64,000 nt of DNA from Tricharina praecox. Taxonomy: Eukaryota. Position numbers and translations under genes: made by a program. The notes beneath the pieces were generated by a model. That model had not been told where the DNA came from. It worked only from the letters and a program-made list of their open reading frames with translations, and did not search any database. Below, one piece after another: positions 50,501 through 62,500 of this stretch (within the stretch, counting starts at the first letter, position 1; each line of letters opens with the position of its first letter). The stretch spans positions 62,001-126,000 of the forward strand of contig NW_026250425.1 of assembly GCF_024521635.1 (NCBI RefSeq), written 5' to 3'.

Positions 50501-53500
50501 AAGTCTTTTACGGACCCGAACTCCCGTCTGCCGGCGTCGTTGGCGGCGAGAATGCTAGCTATTACTCCGGCCAGGTCGCGCAGGAGGTCAAGAAATCCGA
50601 GGAGACCGCACGTGTGGCGCAGTACCATCGGCAAGTGGGAGAGACGACGGAGACGCAGCGCGCACAGGTTGAGCATAGTGAGAGCACTGGCGGATCGCGA
50701 CAGGAGTACTACACCATGGCGAAAGAGGTGGACCAGCAGCTAGAGCAGATCAAGTCCGCGGATAGCAAGAAGGAGGAGGAGGAGAAGGAGAAGAAAGAGA
50801 AGCACGAGCGCTGGAGTGGTGGGTTTGTTGAGGGAACTAAGGGCAGCGAGAAGTTCCGTGCTCCCGGCATCCCCTCCGTTGCCGCCGCGAAGCCGAGTAT
50901 TGCCCCGGTCATGAGTGTGCCGCAGGTTCTCCGCGTTGCGGAATCCCAGCAGCAGCATGAGACGGTGGACGTGGAACGCAGGACGTCGTTTGGTTCGTAT
51001 GAGGAGAAGACGGAGCGCAAGTCGCTCGACTCGGAAAGGGAGCGGTTGCAGCATATACTCAAGCGCACGGAGAGTGCGTCGACCAAGTCCGAGACCGCAT
51101 CGCTGTATTCGCTCGACTCGAACGCGACGGACCAGCACCCACCATCCTCCCCTGAGGACGCAAAGAAGGAGCCCAAGAAGCCGTCGAGGTGGGGTTCCTT
51201 TTGGAAAGAGAAGACGCCCGCCGCCGTCGAGAAGAAGAAGGGCACGCTCGGTTGGTACGCGGCAGCACAGAAACTGAAGGATGCCACGTCGGCGGCGGTA
51301 TCGACATCGTCGATTCCTGAAGCGTCAGCTTCCGCATCGCAAGGTATAACTCCCCTCCCCGTCCGGTGATCACGCGCTGACAAGTCCACAGCTACCACCG
51401 CCGGCGCATCCACCAGCCGTCTCCCGCGCCCCGCCGCGCCATCTTTCAAAACGCTACAATCCATCGCCAGCACGAGCAGCAGCTCGATCTCGTCGAGCGG
51501 GTACCACACTGCCGGCAGCACCACGCCCACGCAGACACCGCGCGCGCCCGCGCCAGTCAACTACTTTGCCGAATCGAAGCCGTCGTCGGAACTCGACGTG
51601 TTCAATGAGCCCGAGGTCGTCACCCCTACGCCTAAGCAGCAGGAGGCCGCAGAGTTCCGCGCCATCACCGCGATGGCCGCGGAGGCCGCTGGGTACTCCG
51701 AGGGCGTGGTTAGGAAGGTGGTTAATCAGGAGCATGGACATGGCGGGGTTGCAAATGGTAATGGGAGTGCGCATGGGAGTAATGGGAGTAGTGAGAAGCC
51801 GGGGACGACAGCGTTCCTGTCGAATTTCGACGAGATTGAAAACGATAGGAAGAAGCGGGCGAATAGGAGGGTGCCGCAGTCGGAGCTGGAGTCGGAGTTC
51901 GAGGATGAGACGTATGAGCGGACCGAGTACCAGCGGCAAGAAAGCCAGCGGACGCAGGTCCCCGACTCTCCTGTGTCCACGGCGTTCGATGCGCAGGGGC
52001 TTCTCCAAAGCTATGATAGCCAGAAGGTCTCGGCCTCTCAGGCGGCGTCGGCATCGGCATCGGCGGGTTTTCGCAGCGGTCAGCTACTGGGGTTTGGAAC
52101 TGACCGCGCCGCGATACAAACCCACCACCTCCGCCGGTACGAACAGGAGCAGGAGCATGAGCGGGAGCAGGGGCGCCAAGACGCGGTAAGATTTGAGGCG
52201 GCGAGGTTTGAGGCGGCTCAGCAGCTGCAACGGCAGGATGGGCAGTGGACGCAGATCGAGGCCTCTCCGACGATTCCTACGGGATTTGTTCAGCAGGAGC
52301 GGTACGAGAAAGGCGAGCATGCCTATCAGGATAGCCAACAGACACAACCCGCTACCTCGCCCGTATCGACGGCCTTCGATGCAAGGGAGCTGCTGAAACG
52401 CTACGATAGCCAGCAACAGAGTAGCTCGAGCCAATATGTTGGAGCTGAGCAGACCCAGTCCTCGTCGGCAGTGTTTGGAACAACCCAACAACTCCAGCAG
52501 CAGCACCGGCAGAACATCGAGCAGGAACGCCAATTGACGACGTTTGAGCGTCAAGCAACTTCGGCGCAGTTCGAGGCTACGCAGCAGCTGCAGCGGCAGG
52601 ATGGGCAGTGGACACAGGTCGAGGCTTCTCCGACGATTCCTACGGGATTTGTTCAGCAGGAGCGGTACGAGAAAAGCGAGCATGCCTATCAGGATAGCCA
52701 ACAGACACAACCCGCTACCTCGCCCGTATCGACGGCCTTCGATGCACGGGAGCTGCTGCAACGTTACGATAGCCAACACCAGAGCTCAAGCCAATATGTT
52801 GCCCCTTCGGCATCGGTGGGAGCTGAGCAGACCCAGTCCTCGTCGGCAGGGTTTGGAACAACTCAGCAATTCCAGCAGCACCAACAGAACATCGAGCAGG
52901 AACGCCAATTGACGACGTTTGAGCGTGACGCATCTTCGGTGCAGTTGGAGGCTACTCAGCAGCTGCAACGGCAGGACGGCCGGTGGACACAGTTATCTGC
53001 CTCTCCGATGATCCCGACGGGATTTGTTGAGCAGCCGCAGCAGCCGCAGCAGCAACTACAGAAACTGCACTATGAGCAGGAGCAGGATCAGGAGCGCCAG
53101 TCGGCGGTAAGATTTGAGGCTGCCCAACAGCTACAACGGCAGAACGGGCAGTGGACACAGGTCGAGGCTTCTCCGACGATTCCTACGGGATTTGTTCAGC
53201 AGGAGCGGTACGAGAAAAGCGAGCATGCCTATCAGGATAGCCAACAGACACAACCCGCTACCTCGCCCGTATCGACGGCCTTCGATGCACGGGAGCTGCT
53301 GCAACGTTACGATAGCCAACACCAGAGCTCAAGCCAATATGTTGCCCCTTCGGCATCGGTGGGAGCTGAGCAGACCCAGTCCTCGTCGGCAGTGTTTGGA
53401 ACAACCCAACAACTCCAGCAGCAGCACCAACAGAACGTCGAGCAGGAACGCCAATTGACGACGTTTGAACGTCAGGCGACATCGGCGCAGTTGGGGGCTA

Positions 53501-56500
53501 CTCAGCAGCTGCAACGGCAGGATGGACAGTGGACACAGTTTACCACCTCTCCTACGTTGCCATGGGGGTTTGACCAGCAAGCACAAGAGCAATACAAGCA
53601 GGAACGTCGTTTGGCGGGAGTTGGAGCCAGTCAGCAGGAGGTGGTTGAGGTCGGTGTGCGCGCAGACGTTGAGGCCGCCAACGAACGACAATACCAGCTT
53701 CGCCAGGAACTACAGCGTCAGGAATTGCTGCGTCAGACTACCGATCATTCTGCGTCTGCGGCGGGGTTTGAGAAACGTCAGGAGCAACCCGCTACCTCTC
53801 CTGTGTCGACGGCATTTGATGCACGGCAGCTACTGCAACGTTATGACAGCCAGCGCCAGTCGTTTGAGGCCACTCAGCAGCTGCAGCGTCAGGATGGGCA
53901 GTGGACCCAATTCACTAGCTCACCCTCACTGCCATCAAGGTTTAGCCAGCAAGCACAAGAGCAATACAAGCAGGAACGTCGTTCGGCGGAGGTTGGAGCC
54001 AGTCAGCAGGTGGCGGCTGAGGTTGATGTGGTCGCGGAAGTTGAGACTGCCCAGGAACGGCTATACCAGCATCGCCAGGAACCGCAGCGCCAGACTACCG
54101 AGCACTCCGCGTCGGCGGCGGGGTTTGAGAAACGTCAGGAGCAATCCGCTTCCTCTCCTGTGTCGACGGCCTTTGATGCACGGCAACTACTGCAACGTTA
54201 CGACAGCCAGCGCCAGTCGTTTGAGGCCACTCAGCAGCTGCAGCGTCAGGACGGGCAGTGGACCCAATTCACTACCTCACCCGCGCTGCCATGGGGGTTC
54301 GATCAGCCACAGAAGAGCGAGTTTGTTGCACTGTCCACGTCGGCGGGATTTGAGGTTGGCCGGGTCGCCCAACAGACGCAGTTCGCTACGTTGCCCGAGG
54401 TCTCGCAGAAATACCAGAAGTCGCACCAGGCCTACGAGCAGGAACGTCCATCGGTATTTGAGGCGCCAAAGTCTCAGTACGCCCCCTCAACCGGACCGGC
54501 TGGGCTTGGAATCAGCCAACAGTCGGAATTTGAGGAACGTCGGGAGCAATCTGCTTCCTCTTCTCCGTCCGCGGCGGGGTTTGAGAAACGTCAGGAGCAA
54601 TCTGCCACCTCTTCTGCTTCAGCGGCGGGGTTTGAGCATCGTCCGGAGCAATCCGCTACCTCCCCCGTATCAACAGCATTTGATGCACGGCAACTACTGC
54701 AACGTTACGATAGCCAGCGCCAGTCGTTCGAGGCTACTCAGCAGCTACAGCGTCAGGATGGGCAGTGGACTCAATTCACTACCTCACTCTCGCTGCTATA
54801 CGGGTTCGATCAACCGAAGAAGAGCCAGTTTGTTGCACCTTCCACGTCGGCGGGGTTTGAGATTGGCCGGGTCGCCCAGCAGACGCAGTTCGCTGCGATG
54901 CCTGAAGTTTCTCAGCAGTATCAGAAGCCGCATCAGACCTACGAGCAGGAACATCCGTCGGTGGAGTCAAAGTCTCAGTACACCCCTTCATCCGGGCTGG
55001 CGGGACTTGGAATCAGCCAAGAGACGGAGTTTGAAGAACGGCGGGAGCAAGTCGCTACCTCTTCTGCTTCAGCAGCGGGGTTTGAGCAAGGTCAGGAGCA
55101 ATCCGCTTCCTCTCCTGTGTCGACAGCATTTGATGCACGACAGCTACTGCAACGATATGACAGCCAGCGCCTGTCGTTTGAGGCCACTCAGCAGCTGCAG
55201 CGTCAAGACGGGCAGTGGACACAATTTACCACCTCTCCCATGTTGCCTTCGGAGTTCGATCAGCCGAAGAAGAGCCAGTTTGTTGCACCTTCCACGTCAG
55301 CAGGGTTTGAGGTTGGCCGGGTCGCTCAGCGGACGCAGTTCGCTACGGTGCCTGAGGTTTCCCAGCAATACCAGAAGTCGCACCATACCTACGAGCAGGA
55401 ACGTCCGGCAGTGTTTGAGGAGTCAAAGTCGCAGTACGCCCCCTCAACCGGGCCGATGGGGCTTGGAATCAGCCAACAGGCGGAATTTGAGGAGAATCGG
55501 GAGGAATTCGCTTCCTCTACTGCGTCGGCGGCGGGGTTTGAGGAACGTCGGGAGCAATCCGCTTCCTCTCCTGTGTCGACGGCCTTTGATGCACGGCAAC
55601 TACTGCAACGTTACGATAGCCAACGCCAGTCGTTTGAGGCCACTCAGCAGCTGCAGCGCCAGGATGGGCAGTGGACTCAATTCACTACCTCTCCCATGCT
55701 GCCTTCGGGGGTTGAAGTTAGCCAGCAGCGTCATCACGAACAGCAGCGTCAAGATATAAGGCAGACCGCGTCTACTGTCGGACTCGATACACGTCGGGAC
55801 CATTCTCGTCCTTCGTCTTCCTCGAGGGTTGAGTTGACCCAGCAACACAAGCTTGAGCAACGCCGTGAGCAACAGCACCAGGATTTGCAGGAGAGCGAGC
55901 ACTCTGCCGAGGAGAGAAGTGACCATGAGGAACAAGAGGAACAGCTTCGTGAGGGTACTACAGAGGGAGGGGAGGCGTTCACCGCTCTTGGACTCCGCGG
56001 AGGTTATCTGCACAGCCGTGATCGCGACGAAAATGAGTACAAATTCGCAGAGAGAACAAAGAAGGGGAAGAAGGAGAAGAAGGAGAAGCATCGCGAGAAC
56101 GGATCGGCGATCAAGGAGGTCAGCCATCAGAGGAGCTCCAGCAGCCATCGGAACGTCGAGAGTGGAGCTTCCGCGTCAGAGGGGAGAACCCAGGAACAAC
56201 AACGTCCTGGGACTACTCCCGTTCAATCATACGCACAAGCGATTCGGGGGCGGGTGTCTACCCAGGGAGCAATCCAGGGCCACCAATCCGACACGTACCA
56301 TGAGACCTCCGGTCAGCAAATCGCCACCGAGCGCCCGCCTCATGTCTCGCAGGCGTCAGAATCCGGCGCTACCCGTGCCCGATACGATCAGACCACAGGC
56401 ACCCTACCATATGTCGCAATGCCTTCACCCACCACTGGAGGCTACATCTCTCAGCCGGCCACACCAGTTGAGCAGTGGACTTCGGGTGGACACCTCGCGA

Positions 56501-59500
56501 ACGTGGGCGCCCCACCTTTGGGCGCCGAATTAAGCCAGACTAAGTCCGAACAATGTGAGTTTCCCTTATCTTGGAGGTCCAGATTGCGCAAAGTGCTTAC
56601 AATAGATCTAGTTTCCTCTTCCCAGCCCGCTGTCCAGGAGTGGGAGGCGCAGCAGGCACAAGTTGAAAAGACCCAGCATCAGCAACGCTATCAGGGAGCA
56701 GAGATTGAACACCACACCGCGCTCCCGGTGGAAACGACTCAGGAGAGCTACAGCTCCCAGTCTGCCGTTGAGGAATGGGCGTCGGGACAACAGGCTTCAG
56801 CTAAGCAGTATAACCAGACCGTGGATGCAGCCCAAAATGCGCAGTCCGAGCATCGCCAGGAAACCCAGACTCTGGCGGTTATCCCAGCCTCCGCAACTGG
56901 CGGATACATCTCTCAGCCGGCTTCAGCCGTTGAGCAGTGGACTTCGGGCGGGTATCTCGCGCACACGGGTGTTGAGAACAGGGCCGTCGAGCCACAGGAA
57001 CGTCACCAGGACACCATCCAGAGCTCACAACCTGCCATTTCGGAGTGGAATCAGCGTACGCATCATCAGGTTGCGGAGACTTCTCAGACGACGTCTGAGG
57101 CCCGATATGAGCAAGCCACCGGCACTGCAGCATTTGTTCCCATGCCTGTGCCAGCCACCGGCTACATCTCGCAGCCAGCGACGCCGGTTGAGCAGTGGAC
57201 GGCAGGTGGATACCTCGCGAACACTGGCTTTGAGCTTCACAGTGCCCAGTCGGTACAAGATCAACGAGAACGTACCCAGCCCGTCGATGTTGCCGCTTCT
57301 CTACAGAGTTCCCAGCCTGCCGTTGCGGAGTGGAATGCGCGCCAGGCAGCTCTTCGGCACACTAAATCAGAACAGTACGAGCACCACCAAACTATGGAGA
57401 GTCCAGCATTTGTCCCTCTGCCAGCGGAGGCGACCCAGAGTTACACCTCCCAGTCTGCTGTTCATGAGTCGGAAGCACGCCGGTCAGCCGTCAATGCCCA
57501 AGCCATCCAACATCGGATCGAGCAAACCACTGGGACTTCAGAACATACTGATATGCCGATGCCAACCACCGGGGGCTACATATCTCAGCCGGCAACGCCT
57601 TCTTACGAATGGACTTCGGGCGGGTATCTTGCAAATGCAGGTGCCGAGCTCCCCTACATTCCCCTGCAGACCACGGAGACCGAGGAGTACGAGCGTCGCC
57701 AGGATAATGCTCGCGAGGATGTTGTCACCCGTGTGCAAGCGGAGCGCAGCTACAGCTCTCAGCCTGCAGTTCAGGAATGGGAAGCGAAGCAGGCCGAAAA
57801 TCGCGCCGCTCAGTTTGCCGAAGGCCTTTCAGAGCGAAACCAGAGCACCGAGACATTGACAGTTATGCCTGCGCCAGCCCAGACGACTGGAGGATACATC
57901 ACTCAGCCGGCCGCGACTACCGAGCAGTTGACTTTGGGAGGATATCTCACGAACGCGGGTGCCGAGCTCACCTACAATACTGCGGTCGAGACAACCGAGA
58001 GCTACAGCTCTCAGCCTGCCGTTGCGGAATGGGAAGCGAAGCAGGCAGCTATTCGTGCCACTCAGTTTGCGCAAGGACTTTCAGAGCGACACCAGAGCAC
58101 CGAGACATCCGCAGTTGTGCCTGCGCCAGCCCAGATGACTGGAGGCTACATCTCACAGCCGGCAACACCCTCTGAGGAATGGACGTCGGGTGGGTATCTC
58201 GCGAACGCAGGTGTCGAGCTCGCCTACAATGCTCCTGTCCAGACAGCCGAGAGCTACAGCTCGCAGCCGGCGGTTCAGGAATGGGAAGCGAAGCAGGCAG
58301 CTATTCGTGCCGCTCAGTTTGCCGAAGGCCTTTCAGAGCGAAACCAGAGCACCGAGACATTAACAGTTATGCCTGCGCCAACACAGACGACTGGCGGCTA
58401 CATCACCCAGCCTACCACGACTACCGAGCAGTTGGCTTTGGGAGGATATCTTGCGAATGCGGGTGTTTCCAGCTCTCAGCCAGCGGTTCAGGAATGGGAA
58501 GCGGAGCAGGCAGCAATCCGCGCTGCTCAGTTTGCTCAAGGACTGTCCGAGCGATACCAGAGTACCGAGACATCGGTAGCTATGCCTGCGCCAACGCAGA
58601 CGACTGGAGGCTATATCTCACAGCCGGCAACACCCTCTGAGGAATGGACGTCGGGCGGGTATCTCGCGAGCGCAGGTGCTGAACTTCCTTATGTACCCCA
58701 ACCAGCCGCACTCGAGTACGAGCGACACCAGGATACTACGCCGGCACAGGGAGGGCGGATCCCCAACTCTTCGACTGCCGTGGAGGAGTGGAATGTACGC
58801 CAGTCGCATGATGTCCAGGCCGACCAGAGCCAGCACGAGCAACGCCAGCACAGCGAGGCTGTTCCTGTAAGGCCGCGGCCCACCCAGAGCTACAGCTCTC
58901 AGCCCGCGGTCATCGAATGGGAAGCCAGGCAGCAACGGTATGCCGACCGCAGCCAGAGCCAGACGCAGCAATACATCGCAGACGAGACGGACCAGAAGAC
59001 GCCGCGCCAATACCCCGCCGACATCCAGATGCCATCATCCACCGCTATGATGCACACCAGTCCCTTGACCACTCCGGTTGAGGAATACACGACATCTGAG
59101 CCAGGCTGGGGCGCATCAATCCCCCTTTCATTCTCACAGCCCAATTCCGAGGTTTCTAACACGCCGTCACGCCGTCAACGCCGCGCTTCGTCTGCCTTCA
59201 GCGACACCACAACTGCGGCTGAATCTGGAACCACCTACTCCGTCATTTCCCGCGGTGCGGCTTCGACCGTGCTCACCAGCATCGATGATCTCGAAGCCTT
59301 CGAGTGCCGTCGCGAGAGCAAGAGGGAGTACGACGATAGTACGGACTCCGATTCCGATGGAGAATTGTCAGGCGAGGATGTGGAAGGAGCGTCTCTCGCA
59401 GAAGGCCAGCAGACGGCTCAGGGTGAAGAAGGCCCGAAGTTGGGTCTCCGTGGAGGAGATGCTGGCCAGGGCCGACGTCGTCACCGCACGAAGGAGGAGA

Positions 59501-62500
59501 AGGCAGCTAGCAAGAAGCGCCGCGAAGCACGTCGCGAAGAGAGGCGGCTCAGGGAGGAGCAGGGAGAGGGGAAGCAGCAAGTTCGCCGGAAGATCTCTCG
59601 TTCACAAACCGAGGTCGTCGACTCTACCTCAAAGCCTACCAAGGAGACGCCTAAGCAATCTGGTGGTGACGGTAGCTGGAGTCGCTTCTTAGGCAAGTTT
59701 GTCAGCCCCGCACCCACCACCGCCGCCGTCGCCGTCGCCGCCACCAAGGCCAGCAGCCTTCGCCGCGTCAAGTCCGGCTCCGAAAAGTCACTCAAGAAAT
59801 CCACCTCGGACATGAGCCTCAGCGATAAGCTCGACAGCAAAATTCAATTGCAGCGCGACTCATCTACCGAGAGCTGGCAGGGGGTACAGAAGGACGGCGA
59901 GGAGAAGACCAAGAAGAAGCGCCGCAACAGGGAATCGTCGGTTTCCTCCGATGTCGGAGACACTACTTCGGCGGAACGGACGCCCGGTCGTGTTCGCTCT
60001 GCTTCCGGCACCGTCACTCTCGCCGAGGATCTTGATGGGCTTATTGCCAAGTTGAAGATCGAGCGCACTGAAGAGGAGCAAAAGAGTTTGGGACTGAGAG
60101 GTGGCGAGCTGAGGGATGAGGGGAAGAAGAATAAGAAGATGGATATCCTCACATATCTCGAGGAGAAGGAGAAGCTACAAGAGCGCAAGAAGAAGAAGGC
60201 GCTGAAGGAGAAGGAGCGAGCCGAGCGCGAAAGAAAGAGGGAGAAGAAGGAGAGGAGGAAGATGAGAAAGGAGGAGCAGAAGAAGGCCGGTGAGGCAGTG
60301 GAAGAGTCGTCGTCTGAGGAGGAACAAGAGGGTGTTAAATTGGACGACAACGGCGCTGCCGAGCTAGTCGAGGACCTCAGTGAGAGCGACATCGACGAGG
60401 CCTCGTACGTCCAGGCGAAGCAGCAGCCTGGCAACAACGGTGTTGTCCTCCCCGGCGTGCAGATTGGAATCCAGCCGGAGCATATGGAAGAGGAGGAGGA
60501 GGAGGGATCTATGGCCAAGAAAGCCATGAAGATTGCAGATGAGAAAAAGGTGAAGAAGCTCTCTGATGCTACTGCTACTGCCCCCTCCTCGTTGCACGAA
60601 GATGATTTTGCCCTGGTTGCAGGACGCAAACAGGTATCCTCCTAATTCTCTGTCCTTCCCTTTGCTTTGAATCCTGCGCTATCAGTTTGGATATTGCCTC
60701 CCTTTGGGACCTTTCCGAACATAGGCTAACGTCAACGAGGAGGTTGCGGGCAACAGGAGTGGTAGAAAAGAAGAAAAAAAGGCAGCTGTACAGGGAAAGT
60801 TGAGGGGAGGAGATAGATTGTCAGATGTTGAAGAGGAGCAGGAGGGTGGAAAGTTTTCTCATGTTTTAGATTTTGTGCCCGTCAGCAGTATTAAATCGGC
60901 CGGTTCTTATTATGTTTCTTCGTCTTCGACGTTACCTGGGGATTTGCCATCTGTTCGTTTTTCGTTGCCGGGCGAGACACAGCCTGTCTTGCCAGGTCAG
61001 TCACCTGCATTGCAGAAGCCCTCCGAGGTCGTCTTGCCGGAGGGAAAGCCTGATGTTTTGAAGTCTTCCAGTGTGTTTCCTCTCTGTTGATTGTATTACC
61101 GGCTATTGCTTACGATGTATTAGTACATGAGATCAAATTGCCCCAGCACCGTTTGGAAGAAATTGGATCCCAGAAGGAATCATCCTTGCCGTGCCCCGCC
61201 GAAGCACCAGCCGTCACTTCCGAGACTACCCCAAAATCACCTGTTACTACCGCGGAAGAAGAGGGCTTTCCATTGATCAGCTCCCCGAGGTCAACAAATA
61301 CCGAGGATGAAGAGGAGTACTCGTGGTGGGCGGAATCACCGGAGAGGATTGAGAGTGAGGAGAGAGCGTATCCCCTCCACCTCAAGTTGCAACAGCCGGA
61401 ATACGTGCAGCTTCCAGAGAGCGGCCCAACTTCGCCCTACGAGCTCCCCAAGCTGCATGGTACTTTTCCCACTCTCGAGCCGCACCAAACGGCGTATGAG
61501 TCGGACAGCGAGTCGATAGTTATCCTGAGTGACGCCGATATGGAAGAGCTTCCGCTTAGCCTAAAGCTGGAACGCCCAGAGTATTTGATGCTGCCCGATA
61601 GCCGACCCGGATCGCCTTACGAAGTTCCGGGTGTTCCCTGGTGGCTGCCGGACCTCCCAGAGAGTCCTATCGATTCGCCGACTCAGTTGCCACAGCTTCG
61701 GGATGATGGGGACGTCGATGTCGAAGAGCTTCCCCTGCATCTCAGACTGCAACAGCCGGAGTACGTTATGCTCCCAGACAGTCCCGTCGGTTCGCCCACC
61801 CAATTGCTGCGGCTACAGCCCAGCCTTCCGGAGCACCTTGACCTCAACCTCCACACAGAAGAGGGGAAAGAGGAGAACGCCCAGCTCATCATTGAGCACC
61901 TATCTTCGCCCGCCATGTCCAGCGAGTTTGAGTCCGACGTTGAGCTTCAGCTGGGTAGAACGCCCTCCCCGGGAGTCCTCAGCGTTAGCGATGAAGAGGA
62001 GCTGCCCCTGAACCTGAAGCTGCAACGGCCCGAGTATGTGATGCTGCCCGACAGCAACCCAGGATCTCCTTACGAAGTTCTAGGTGTCTCGTGGTGGCTA
62101 CCCGTTCTGCCAGAGAGCCCGATCGACTCGCCTACACAACTGCTGATTCACGGTGAGGAAGTGGACGATATCGAAGCGTTTCCCCCCCAGTTGAGGCTGC
62201 AGCAGCCGGAGTATGTTATGCACCCAGATAGCGCTCCCAATTCGCCGACGCAGTTGCCAGCTTTGCCGTACATTGCTCCGAAGAGTCTGCCGATCGGAAT
62301 TCAAGACGAGCAGAAGGAAGATGATGTTGCGGGATTGATTGCTCGAGAGGATGCGGAGGAGCTGCCACTTCACCTCAGGCTGCAGCGGCCCGAGTATGTC
62401 ATGCTCCCAGATAGCAGGCCCGGTTCGCCCTACGAAGTTGAAGAGATCCAGCGGTCTCTGTCAGCTCTGGGTTTGCGTACCCAACTGCCGAAGTTACAGG

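Noticed and set aside
53465..55759. 764-aa alternative-frame ORF overlapping the giant gene
   Set aside because: An R/S/L-rich shadow frame; it stays open because a stop-free unit was duplicated.
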